Positions 6,837 to 14,118 of a stretch of DNA of 14,859 bases are shown piece after piece. Below the pieces are notes generated by a model. That model ran no database searches. It worked only from the letters and a program-made list of their open reading frames with translations, and was not told the DNA's origin. This DNA comes from a virus. Lineage: Duplodnaviria > Heunggongvirae > Uroviricota > Caudoviricetes. Position 1 is the first letter of the stretch, and each line of letters starts with the position of its first letter. The stretch covers positions 1-14,859 of IMG/VR virus record IMGVR_UViG_2675903606_000023. One strand, given 5' to 3'. The translations under genes were made by a program, and so were the position numbers.

Positions 6837-7127
6837 ATGGAAGGAAATGATTACGACAAACTTCGTGCATTAATTGCGCAAAATGCCATAGCGCGAAATC
6901 TTGGTGTGACGCCGCAAGCGGTGAATCAGTGGTTTTCAAAAAGCACAATTCCTGCTCGTTTCGTTTTACGAGTATGTGAAGTAGTTGCATGGAAGGTTAC
7001 GCCTCATGGCTTAAGGCCAGATCTTTATCCTCACCCTGAAGATGGAATTCCTAACTTGTTACGCAAAAGCCTAAATCCAAGTTCACCACACAGAGCGGAT
7101 GGAATACACGCAGGAGATAAACAATGA
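6837..7127 (+). CDS. Cro-like transcriptional regulator (YdaS/Cro-type HTH)
   Basis: 96-aa ORF divergent from cI; HTH segment IARNLGVTPQAVNQWFSKSTIP; pattern resembles the YdaS-type Cro analogues of Rac-like prophages. Confidence 0.7.
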   Translation: MEGNDYDKLRALIAQNAIARNLGVTPQAVNQWFSKSTIPARFVLRVCEVVAWKVTPHGLRPDLYPHPEDGIPNLLRKSLNPSSPHRADGIHAGDKQ

Positions 7128-7831
7128 ACACCGCAATTTTTAACGGCAAAGCATCCATGACCAGCGTTGAGATCGCAGAGCTGGTGGGAAGCCGACCAGA
7201 TAGTGTTAAGAGAACTATTGAAACACTGGCTAAAAAGGGAATCATCCAATTTCCACAGACTGTGGAAATTGAGAATAAACAATCACTTGGGCCTCGCCGA
7301 TTTTCTAGCGCGTATGTATTCGAAGGTGAACGAGGTAAGCGCGACAGCATCATTGTCGTCGCACAGCTCTGTCCTGAATTCACTGCTCGCCTGGTAGATC
7401 GCTGGCGCGAACTGGAAGAACAGATCCGTAAGCCAATGAGCGAAATCGAAATGGTTGCCGCGATGGCTCTTGAAGCAGTTCGTCAGCAGAAACGGATCAC
7501 TCAGGTGGAAGAAAAAGTCAGCCACGTTGCTGAAACAGTCGAGCAAATTAAAAAGGGCACTATTCGTGAGGGCTATGCCGGATATCGCCAACTGAAAGCA
7601 AAAACCGGTTTGTCAGATGATAAATGCCGCAATCTGGTGAACGCCTATCAGATTCCTACAGACACCCATGAGTTCATGACGCCGGACGGATTGTTGTCAC
7701 GTCGCGCAATTGTTGCTGTGGAACCGTTTATGGCTGCTTTTTATCGGGTTATGGAGGAAGCAGAACCGCGAGGGACTCGCTGGTATCACCCGAAAATGGG
7801 GTTATTTCAGGTTATTGGTTGGCAGCGGTGA
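7124..7831 (+). CDS. Phage regulatory protein with Rha/antirepressor-like N-terminal DNA-binding region (tentative)
   Basis: 235-aa ORF whose ATG overlaps the cro-like stop (ATGA at 7124..7127); GGAG SD 8 nt upstream; N-terminal SVEIAELVGSRPDSVKRTIETL resembles the Rha-family HTH signature. Confidence 0.55.
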   Translation: MNTAIFNGKASMTSVEIAELVGSRPDSVKRTIETLAKKGIIQFPQTVEIENKQSLGPRRFSSAYVFEGERGKRDSIIVVAQLCPEFTARLVDRWRELEEQIRKPMSEIEMVAAMALEAVRQQKRITQVEEKVSHVAETVEQIKKGTIREGYAGYRQLKAKTGLSDDKCRNLVNAYQIPTDTHEFMTPDGLLSRRAIVAVEPFMAAFYRVMEEAEPRGTRWYHPKMGLFQVIGWQR

Positions 7832-7854
7832 AAAAAAGCCGGGAGTAACCCGGC
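7831..7854 (-). terminator. Hairpin with U-tract on the minus strand (antisense-oriented intrinsic terminator) abutting the stop codon of the 235-aa gene
   Basis: GCCGGG (7838..7843), loop agtaa, CCCGGC (7849..7854); the plus strand has A7 immediately 5' of the stem (7831..7837), so the canonical U-tract is on the minus-strand transcript. Confidence 0.5.
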
Positions 7855-8053
7855 TCACTCAACATCAATAACGGGGAGCTGTTTCGCATAAAACGGCTCC
7901 GAAACATCCAAGAACAGTTCTAAAGATATCAGCAGCTATATGATCATTTCAAGACCAAATATTGATTCTGCAATTTCGGGACGTTACACTGTCTCCGCAC
8001 CTTATAAAGCGGGTGCCGGGGGTCGCAGCCCGGAATTGTCAACGGCGATATAT

Positions 8054-8073
8054 GACGCGCCAGCGTCTTTTTT
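8054..8073 (+). terminator. Candidate weak rho-independent terminator (tR1-like position)
   Basis: GACGC-gcca-GCGTC 5-bp GC-rich stem with tetraloop, followed by T6 (8068..8073), in the untranslated spacer downstream of the 235-aa regulator. Confidence 0.4.
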
Positions 8074-8239
8074 ATCGTCCGCGCTCACGCACGCCAGAAT
8101 TATGGTGGGCTGGGCAGGGGAGCCGAAAGGCTCGCCGGTCTCCGTTGACGCCGGTACTGCGAACCCTGTTCAGTCTGCCACCAGTGAGTTTCGCAGCTCC
8201 GGTGGTGGAAGTTTTCCACAGTCAACGGAGGCTGCCATC

Positions 8240-8602
8240 ATGGCTACTGTCCCAACTTCCCCATACCTGAAAATTGAAGTTGTCAACGGCAAGGCCGTTA
8301 TTTTCTCCCTGCATGTTGCCTGCCACTTTAAGCGAATGCACCAGAACATCGTTGACAAAATCGAGTATCTGAACTGCTCACGCGAGTTTTTTACCCGCAA
8401 TTTCATACCGGGTACTTATCACATCTACGGTGACTCCCTGCGTGGTTATTACATCACTCTTGATGGCCTGATGATGCTTCAGCTTGGGTTAAGTCTGCGC
8501 ACAATGCGGTACTACGAGAGCTGCATTGAGGCATTCCATGAAGCTGAAACCAGCCTGAATCATACAGCTTTCCGCTGTAATCAATGGGAGGTGCGCCCAT
8601 GA
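8240..8602 (+). CDS. Rha-family phage regulatory protein (120 aa from ATG 8240)
   Basis: GGAGG SD 8 nt upstream of ATG at 8240; segments FKRMHQNIVDKIEYL and YHIYGDSLRGYYITLDGLMMLQLGLS match the Rha-family pattern as I remember it. The upstream in-frame extension to 7940 has non-coding-like composition and no SD. Confidence 0.55.
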   Translation: MATVPTSPYLKIEVVNGKAVIFSLHVACHFKRMHQNIVDKIEYLNCSREFFTRNFIPGTYHIYGDSLRGYYITLDGLMMLQLGLSLRTMRYYESCIEAFHEAETSLNHTAFRCNQWEVRP

Positions 8603-8832
8603 TTCGCCGCCTCGTTAATTCTCTGTATCACCGATACAACCGTTGCCCCCGTGTGGGGCAGTGGTTCGCCACCAGCGACGGTCGCGTTCTGCGGGTTTGC
8701 CTGGTCAGCACCGAAAGCCAGAAAGTTGTGTGTGAATTACTGGGGCGTAACTACACCATCAGTTACCCACTAGTGGCGTTTCAGTCCGGAAAAATGTTTA
8801 AACGCCTGGGAGGTGGCTATGCGTCCGTCTGA
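8599..8832 (+). CDS. Small hypothetical protein (77 aa)
   Basis: ATG at 8599 overlaps the stop of the preceding gene (ATGA) and is preceded by GGGAGG at a 7-nt spacing; Cys- and Arg-rich; no family recognised. Confidence 0.45.
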   Translation: MIRRLVNSLYHRYNRCPRVGQWFATSDGRVLRVCLVSTESQKVVCELLGRNYTISYPLVAFQSGKMFKRLGGGYASV

Positions 8833-9712
8833 TCTTCTGCTCGATTTTGGGCATCCGGTTGCTTATTACCCTGGGCTCGTTAAATACATGGGAAGTCCGC
8901 ACGCTGTTATTTTCTTTGGTCAGATTTTTTACTGGCAGGATAAAGCACATGCAGCGGAAGGCGTACATAAAACGCGTGAAGAGATACAACACGAAACCGG
9001 ACTTACATTTGAACAACAGGCTGTAGCGCGTAAGCATCTTGTGTCCAGAGGCATTTTGGTTGAAACCAACAAGCGTCTTGAGCACAAAATGTTCTACCGT
9101 ATAGATTGTGAGCGCCTTAATGAAATTATCAATGAAAACAATCAGTTTTCCCGAAATGGGGAAACCCGTTTTCGGGAAACTGTAAAACCCAATTTCGCGG
9201 AGGAGGGAAAGCCTTCACCGCGGACACGGGAAACCCCTCGCCGCGGTGAAGGGAAAACCAATTTCGATCTTACAGAGAATACAACAGAGATTACTTCAGA
9301 GAGTACTACAGAGAGTAAAAACACTATTGGCGCATCCGCTGACGCGTCTGCACCAGCGCGTTCTGCCCGACAGGAATATTCACCGGAATTTGAACAGGCA
9401 TGGCAGGAATATCTCAAACGTGCTGGTGGCAATTCCAAGTCAGCAGCCTTCAAAGCCTGGAAAGCACGTATCAGGGAGGGAATAAAACCGGAGAACATGC
9501 TTGATGGCGTGAAGCGGTATGCCGCCTGGGTGCGTGTCTCTGGAAATACCGGTACCCAGTTCGTGAAGCAGGCGTCGACGTTCTTTGGACCCGATCGTCA
9601 TTTCGAGGAATCCTGGCAACAGCCAGCAGCCCCCGGAGGTGGGCGGGGCAAAAGCCTCCCGATCTCGGGATTCAGTGAACAGGACTACGGCTCAACGAAC
9701 TTCAACTGGTGA
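8819..9712 (+). CDS. Replication initiator / replisome organiser (lambda O-like functional position) with internal origin-like repeats
   Basis: GGGAGG SD 5 nt upstream of ATG at 8819 (ORF open to GTG at 8813); N-terminal winged-helix-like region; low-complexity linker encoded by iteron-like DNA (9147..9316); followed by a DnaC-like loader and DnaB-like helicase. Confidence 0.7.
   Translation: MRPSDLLLDFGHPVAYYPGLVKYMGSPHAVIFFGQIFYWQDKAHAAEGVHKTREEIQHETGLTFEQQAVARKHLVSRGILVETNKRLEHKMFYRIDCERLNEIINENNQFSRNGETRFRETVKPNFAEEGKPSPRTRETPRRGEGKTNFDLTENTTEITSESTTESKNTIGASADASAPARSARQEYSPEFEQAWQEYLKRAGGNSKSAAFKAWKARIREGIKPENMLDGVKRYAAWVRVSGNTGTQFVKQASTFFGPDRHFEESWQQPAAPGGGRGKSLPISGFSEQDYGSTNFNW
9147..9316. 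repeat. Iteron-like repeat cluster (GGGAAAC-type repeats and palindromes) followed by ACAGAGA-type repeats: candidate replication origin inside the initiator gene
   Basis: GGGAAA(A/G)C at 9159, 9174, 9205, 9228 and 9251; palindromic arms TTTTCCCGAAA/TTTTCGGGAAA and CACCGCGG/CCGCGGTG flank two of the copies; ACAGAGA-like repeats at 9271..9316. Confidence 0.55.
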
Positions 9713-9731
9713 TTTTGTGGGGAGGGTGAAA

Positions 9732-10622
9732 ATGACTAATTTCCTGAACAAACAACACATGCAACACGACAAAGCGCAGTTACTTAACCGCAAGGCAGAC
9801 CTGGAAGAGGAGCTGGCATTTGTCCGTGGCGGAAAGCGTCCGTGGCGCTGTGAGCATTGGGTGCAAAGCACTGAGACGGTGTCCTGCGGGAAACACGGAA
9901 AATACACGCGCTATGTGCTGACTGGCCCGGATGTAAGGGGGAAAGCTGTCAAACGGGTGTCCGGTTGCCTGTCCTGCCTCAGTGAGGAGCTGGGCCGCGT
10001 GTATGACGAATTACGCGCCCTGAAGGTTCGTGAATTACTCGATCAGGCCGGTATTGCCCGCCGGTTCCAGGACTGTGAGTTTGAGAATTATCAGGCGGTG
10101 AATACTGACGCACAGAAAAACCTTGAAGCCTGTCAGCGCTATGCCGCTTCCTGGAAGAAATGTCTCGCTGCAGGCACCAGCATGGTCATGATTGGCAATT
10201 GTGGTACCGGTAAAAATCACCTGGCTGTATCAATGGCAAAAAATATTATTCGCCACCACCAGGCAACCATAGAAATCACGGATGTAATGCGGCTTACCCG
10301 TGCGGTGAAAAATACCTGGCGCCACAACTCTGAGCGCACTGACGATGAAGTGATTAATCATTTTGCATCGCTGGATCTGCTTATCATCGATGAGGTTGGT
10401 GTGCAGTTCGGTACGCCTGCGGAGATAACCATCCTGCAGGAAATCATAAATGCGCGTTACGAAAGCGTTTTACCGACAATTTTGATCAGCAACCTGACGT
10501 TTGAACAGCTTAAGGAATCCATTGGTGAACGGATTGTGGATCGCGTTACTGATGGTGGGCGTAACTGCCTGGTGTTTGGTTGGGAAAGCTACCGCGCGCA
10601 TATCAGAGGTGTGGCAGCATGA
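9732..10622 (+). CDS. DnaC-like helicase loader (IstB/DnaC-family AAA+ ATPase) with N-terminal Cys-rich zinc-ribbon-like region
   Basis: Walker A GNCGTGKNHLA and Walker B LLIIDEVG; Cys cluster CEHW..CGKHG..CLSCL; GGAGGG SD 5 nt upstream of ATG at 9732 (ORF open to 9585). Confidence 0.8.
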   Translation: MTNFLNKQHMQHDKAQLLNRKADLEEELAFVRGGKRPWRCEHWVQSTETVSCGKHGKYTRYVLTGPDVRGKAVKRVSGCLSCLSEELGRVYDELRALKVRELLDQAGIARRFQDCEFENYQAVNTDAQKNLEACQRYAASWKKCLAAGTSMVMIGNCGTGKNHLAVSMAKNIIRHHQATIEITDVMRLTRAVKNTWRHNSERTDDEVINHFASLDLLIIDEVGVQFGTPAEITILQEIINARYESVLPTILISNLTFEQLKESIGERIVDRVTDGGRNCLVFGWESYRAHIRGVAA

Positions 10623-12019
10623 CAAACCCGACAAATCCGGCGTGGCGTAATGATGACCTGGAAGGAGCTGTCATCGGTGCGTTTTTTCTGCGTGGGGCTG
10701 ATCCGGAAGTGATGGATATTCTGGCCACGCTTCCGGCGGATGTCTTTTTCGTGCGTCAGTACAGGGATATTTACGCGGGAATTTGCAGACAGGCCCGTGT
10801 ATCCGGCGTCATTGACCCCGTACTGCTGTGCAATGAGATGCCGGAACTTGCCCCGGTGATTACCGACACCGGACGCAAAACCTGGGTGAAGTCTTCACTG
10901 GAGCACTATGTCGCAGCGTTGCGGCGTAATGCCGTACTGCGCGATGCAGAAAAAACACTGACTGAAGCATTACAGAATTTACGTGATGCGTATACCTGTG
11001 AAGCAGCCGAGGATGCCCTGAAGGATGCGCAGAACATGATGGCCTCACTGTCGACCGGAAAGGGCGTCATTCAGCCGGTTCACATTGATGATGTCCTTCC
11101 AGAAGTGGTCGACCGTGTTGAATGCCGCAATCAGGGACTGGAGAAATCCAGGGCGCTGATGACCGGTATTGATGAGCTGGACGCAAAAACGGGCGGTATG
11201 GAGCCAGGCGACCTGGTATTCATTGCGGCTCGTCCTTCGATGGGGAAAACCGAACTTGCGCTGGATATCATCGACAAGGTGACTGAGCAGGGGCATGGCG
11301 TGCTTCTGTTCACCATGGAGATGGCGAACATTCAGATTGGTGAACGTATGGTGTCTGCTGCCGGGGGAATGCCGGTATCCCGTCTTAAGTCAGTTGCCCG
11401 TTTTGAAGACGAAGACTGGGCACGTTTCTCACAGGGCGTGGGACGAATGACGGGGCGTAATATCTGGATGGTGGACCAGGCAAACCTGACCATTGATGAG
11501 ATATGTGCAACTACGAGGCACCACCGGATGAAACACCCGGAAACGGCGCTGGTGGTGGTCGATTACCTCGGCCTGATTAAAACCCGCAGCATGGGGCGTC
11601 ACGACCTTGCTGTGGGGGAAATCTCAAAGGGACTAAAAAGCCTGGCAAAATCCGGCGGTTTTCCGCTGATTGCTCTGAGCCAGCTCTCCCGCGGTGTGGA
11701 ATCCAGACCCAATAAACGCCCCATGAACTCGGACCTGAAAAACTCAGGGGAAATAGAGGCGGATGCAGACATCATTCTGATGCTTTACAGGGATGAGGTG
11801 TACAACCCGGAGACACAGGCGAGAGGCATAGCAGAAATCAACATCACGAAACAGCGTAATGGTACGCTGGGTACCATTTACCGGCGTTTTCATAACGGGC
11901 ATTTTCTGCCTGTGGACCAGGAGAGTGCCCGGGTTCTTTCCACTCCCATGACGCCGGGCAATCCGCGCAGATACAGCAATAACCGCATGTCGGGTAGTAA
12001 AACGGAGCGTTTATTTTGA
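10619..12019 (+). CDS. DnaB-like replicative DNA helicase
   Basis: 467 aa from ATG at 10619, which overlaps the loader stop (ATGA); DnaB-type N-terminal domain and RecA-like C-terminal domain with Walker A ARPSMGKTELAL and Walker B-like VVVDYLGLI. Confidence 0.9.
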   Translation: MTNPTNPAWRNDDLEGAVIGAFFLRGADPEVMDILATLPADVFFVRQYRDIYAGICRQARVSGVIDPVLLCNEMPELAPVITDTGRKTWVKSSLEHYVAALRRNAVLRDAEKTLTEALQNLRDAYTCEAAEDALKDAQNMMASLSTGKGVIQPVHIDDVLPEVVDRVECRNQGLEKSRALMTGIDELDAKTGGMEPGDLVFIAARPSMGKTELALDIIDKVTEQGHGVLLFTMEMANIQIGERMVSAAGGMPVSRLKSVARFEDEDWARFSQGVGRMTGRNIWMVDQANLTIDEICATTRHHRMKHPETALVVVDYLGLIKTRSMGRHDLAVGEISKGLKSLAKSGGFPLIALSQLSRGVESRPNKRPMNSDLKNSGEIEADADIILMLYRDEVYNPETQARGIAEINITKQRNGTLGTIYRRFHNGHFLPVDQESARVLSTPMTPGNPRRYSNNRMSGSKTERLF

Positions 12020-12273
12020 ACAACAGAACAACCACTGTTTCACCGGAACAACTTCGTCGGCAGGCGCAGGAGATGCTTCGTTGTGCTGAACAGATGGAAA
12101 AAACGAGCGTGAAAAAAGATACGCTCCGCAAGCAGCTTACTCCGGCGCTTCGTGATCTGCTGCAGGCAAAACACCGCACACAAAAGGCGGTGGATGAGCT
12201 GGTGGATTGCGTGGCGGAACTGGAAGGACAGGTAAGCCAGTTTGAAATACTGGTGAAGGAGTTTACTGCGTGA
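12016..12273 (+). CDS. Hypothetical coiled-coil protein (85 aa), TTG start overlapping the helicase stop
   Basis: TTG at 12016 overlaps the TGA of the helicase gene (TTGA); GGAG 8 nt upstream; charged, helix-rich composition. Confidence 0.45.
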   Translation: MNNRTTTVSPEQLRRQAQEMLRCAEQMEKTSVKKDTLRKQLTPALRDLLQAKHRTQKAVDELVDCVAELEGQVSQFEILVKEFTA

Positions 12274-12318
12274 TGGCTGAATTTTTTCTTCTGCGCTCAT
12301 GCAATACCGTTCGCTGAG

Positions 12319-13314
12319 GTGACCGTGAGAGCACTACTGACCCCTGAAATTGCCCCGCGTATGGGGATCGTATTGTTCAGGCCCGGTTCAGAGCTGATGC
12401 CCCTGTTTATGCAGGGGCGTGTCCTGCTGGAGCCTGAGCCGGAACGTTATTCATCTTTTGCCAGTGGTGCCGTTCCGGCGGCATCACAACCGCTGGCGGA
12501 TGATCCTGCCGTTCGGGCCGTGTTCCGCAATGAGGCAGTGATCCGTCGTGCTGGTGGCGTGGAATGTCTTGAAAGCTGGTTACTTCGTGAAAAGGGCTGT
12601 CAGTGGCCTCATTCCAACTGGCACAGCGAGAACATGACCACAATGCGACACGCTCCGGGCGCAATCCGTCTGTGCTGGCACTGCGATAACCAGCTGCGCG
12701 ATCAGTTCACGGAACGGCTGGAATCAATGGCAACGGATAACTGTGCCCGCTGGGTGTTGTCTGTTGTGCGTCGGGATCTCGGTTTTGATGACAGTCACGT
12801 TGTGACAATGCCGGAACTGTGCTGGTGGCTGGCTCGTAATGACCTGGCTGATGCCTTACCGGAAAGTGCAGCCCGTAAGGCACTGAGATTACCGAAGCCT
12901 GTTGTGCCGTCTGTCACCCGGGAGAGTGACCTTGTTCCTTCGGTTCCTGCCACCAGCATTATCCAGGATAAAGCGAAAAAGGTGCTGGCGCTGAAAGTGG
13001 ATCCAGAGTCGCCGGAGTCTTTTATGTTACGCCCAAAACGTCGTCGCTGGGTTAATGAAAAGTACACGCGCTGGGTTAAGACACAGCCGTGTGCATGTTG
13101 TGGTAAGCCAGCCGACGATCCTCATCACCTGATTGGTCATGGTCAGGGTGGAATGGGTACAAAAGCGCATGACCTTTTTGTGTTGCCTTTGTGCAGAAAA
13201 CACCATGACGAACTGCATGCGGATACCGTGGCATTTGAAGAGAAGTATGGTTCCCAACTGGAGCTGATATTTCGTTTTATCGATCGCGCGCTGGCGATTG
13301 GTGTGCTGTCCTGA
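12319..13314 (+). CDS. DUF968-like protein with C-terminal HNH-like Cys/His motif (putative nuclease); start uncertain
   Basis: 331-aa ORF from GTG at 12319; C-terminal CACCGKPADDPHHLIGHGQGGMGTKAHDLFVLPLCRKHHDELH; located immediately upstream of Q, as in Qin-type prophages. Confidence 0.6.
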   Translation: MTVRALLTPEIAPRMGIVLFRPGSELMPLFMQGRVLLEPEPERYSSFASGAVPAASQPLADDPAVRAVFRNEAVIRRAGGVECLESWLLREKGCQWPHSNWHSENMTTMRHAPGAIRLCWHCDNQLRDQFTERLESMATDNCARWVLSVVRRDLGFDDSHVVTMPELCWWLARNDLADALPESAARKALRLPKPVVPSVTRESDLVPSVPATSIIQDKAKKVLALKVDPESPESFMLRPKRRRWVNEKYTRWVKTQPCACCGKPADDPHHLIGHGQGGMGTKAHDLFVLPLCRKHHDELHADTVAFEEKYGSQLELIFRFIDRALAIGVLS

Positions 13315-13331
13315 TTTTGTGGAGAAAGTTG

Positions 13332-13712
13332 ATGCGTGATATTCAGATAGTTCTTGAACGCTGGGGGGCATGGGCTGCAAGTGGTAACACCGGGGTGGAC
13401 TATTCTCCGATCGCTGCCGGATTCAAAGGACTTTTACCATCTGCCACTAAACCACGTCCGGCCTGCTGCGATGATGACGGACTTATCATTGAAAACTGTC
13501 TTGCTCGTCTGAAGCAGAAAAAACCTGAGGAGTATTCGCTTCTCATTGCTCATTATTTGTTGCGAATATCAAAAAGACAGATAGCCAGGACGAGAAAGAA
13601 AAGCGAAAAAGCAATACGAATTGAGATGCAGATAGCCGAAGGGTTTATTGACGGATGTTTGTCTGTGCTGGGGGTAAGACTGGAGATGGACGACTGGCTG
13701 CTAAAAAAGTAA
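13332..13712 (+). CDS. Late-gene antitermination protein Q (QuuD-like family)
   Basis: 126 aa from ATG at 13332 (GGAG SD 7 nt upstream; ORF open to TTG at 13317); MRDIQIVLERWGAWAA...IAAGFKGLL...CCDDD...EGFIDGCLSVLGVRLEMD matches the QuuD-type Q pattern from memory. Confidence 0.6.
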   Translation: MRDIQIVLERWGAWAASGNTGVDYSPIAAGFKGLLPSATKPRPACCDDDGLIIENCLARLKQKKPEEYSLLIAHYLLRISKRQIARTRKKSEKAIRIEMQIAEGFIDGCLSVLGVRLEMDDWLLKK

Positions 13713-13767
13713 AAAATGATTAGTGCGGTCCGCAAAAAGTATGTCAGTATGTTAAGAGTGGTTACTT

Positions 13768-13788
13768 CGCCCGCGAGCGGGTTTTTTT
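13768..13788 (+). terminator. Rho-independent terminator about 55 nt downstream of Q (tR'-like)
   Basis: GC-only stem CCCG/CGGG with tetraloop CGAG (13770..13781), followed by T7 (13782..13788). Confidence 0.6.
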
Positions 13789-13910
13789 ATGGCTGAAATC
13801 GGTCCAGTACAGTAAACGTGCTGGTGGCGGTGAATACCTGTCTTTCAGCTTGCTGGCTTTTTCGACAAGAGTTATTGGTGTGTCACGTTAACCGAAAAAG
13901 GGAAAAAGAC

Positions 13911-14108
13911 ATGCTGAAACAGCAGGATATGACAGAAACCGCCAGAGTGGTGTTTAATGAATTAAGCGTCACCGAACCGGCGACAGTCGGGGAGATTGCG
14001 CAGAATACTTACCTTTCACGCGAACGCTGTCAGTTAATACTGACCCAACTTGTTATGGCGGGTCTGGCAGACTATCAGTTCGGTTGTTACAGACGCCTTC
14101 CGCAGTGA
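13911..14108 (+). CDS. Small winged-helix/HTH-like protein (65 aa)
   Basis: AAGGG SD 8 nt upstream of ATG at 13911 (ORF open to GTG at 13818 without SD); ATVGEIAQNTYLSRERCQLILTQLVMAGL resembles an HTH recognition region; bracketed by intrinsic terminators on both sides. Confidence 0.5.
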   Translation: MLKQQDMTETARVVFNELSVTEPATVGEIAQNTYLSRERCQLILTQLVMAGLADYQFGCYRRLPQ

Positions 14109-14118
14109 AGGCTTTTTT
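14095..14118 (+). terminator. Rho-independent terminator overlapping the stop codon of the small wHTH gene
   Basis: 6-bp stem GCCTTC/GAAGGC with 6-nt loop (14095..14112), followed by TTTTTTATTT. Confidence 0.65.

Noticed and set aside
7031-7591. Minus-strand ORFs 7031..7282, 7051..7383, 7283..7591 and plus-strand 7167..7397
   Set aside because: Overlap the cro-like and 235-aa regulator genes in other frames or antisense; no SD; the sense genes are coupled by ATGA overlap.
7940-8406. N-terminal extension of the Rha-like ORF (7940..8239), ORF 7962..8270 (+) and 8170..8406 (-)
   Set aside because: GC-rich Arg/Ser/Gly-rich translations without SD; the strong GGAGG-ATG at 8240 marks the likely true start, so 7855..8239 is treated as untranslated.
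8798-10220. Minus-strand ORFs 8798..9085, 9142..9498, 9692..9907, 10035..10220 and plus-strand 9246..9485
   Set aside because: Lie within the initiator and DnaC-like genes on the opposite strand or in alternative frames; shadow ORFs from GC-rich coding sequence.
10860-12179. Minus-strand ORFs 10860..11048, 11045..11296, 11131..11331, 11844..12179
   Set aside because: Antisense to the DnaB-like helicase gene, which has clear Walker motifs in the sense frame.
12040-13380. Minus-strand ORFs 12040..12300, 12407..12664, 12795..13067, 13027..13380
   Set aside because: Antisense to the coiled-coil and DUF968 genes; no SD; the region is expressed rightward.
13553-13735. Minus-strand ORF 13553..13735
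   Set aside because: Antisense to the 3' end of the Q gene; Ser/Phe-rich low-complexity translation.
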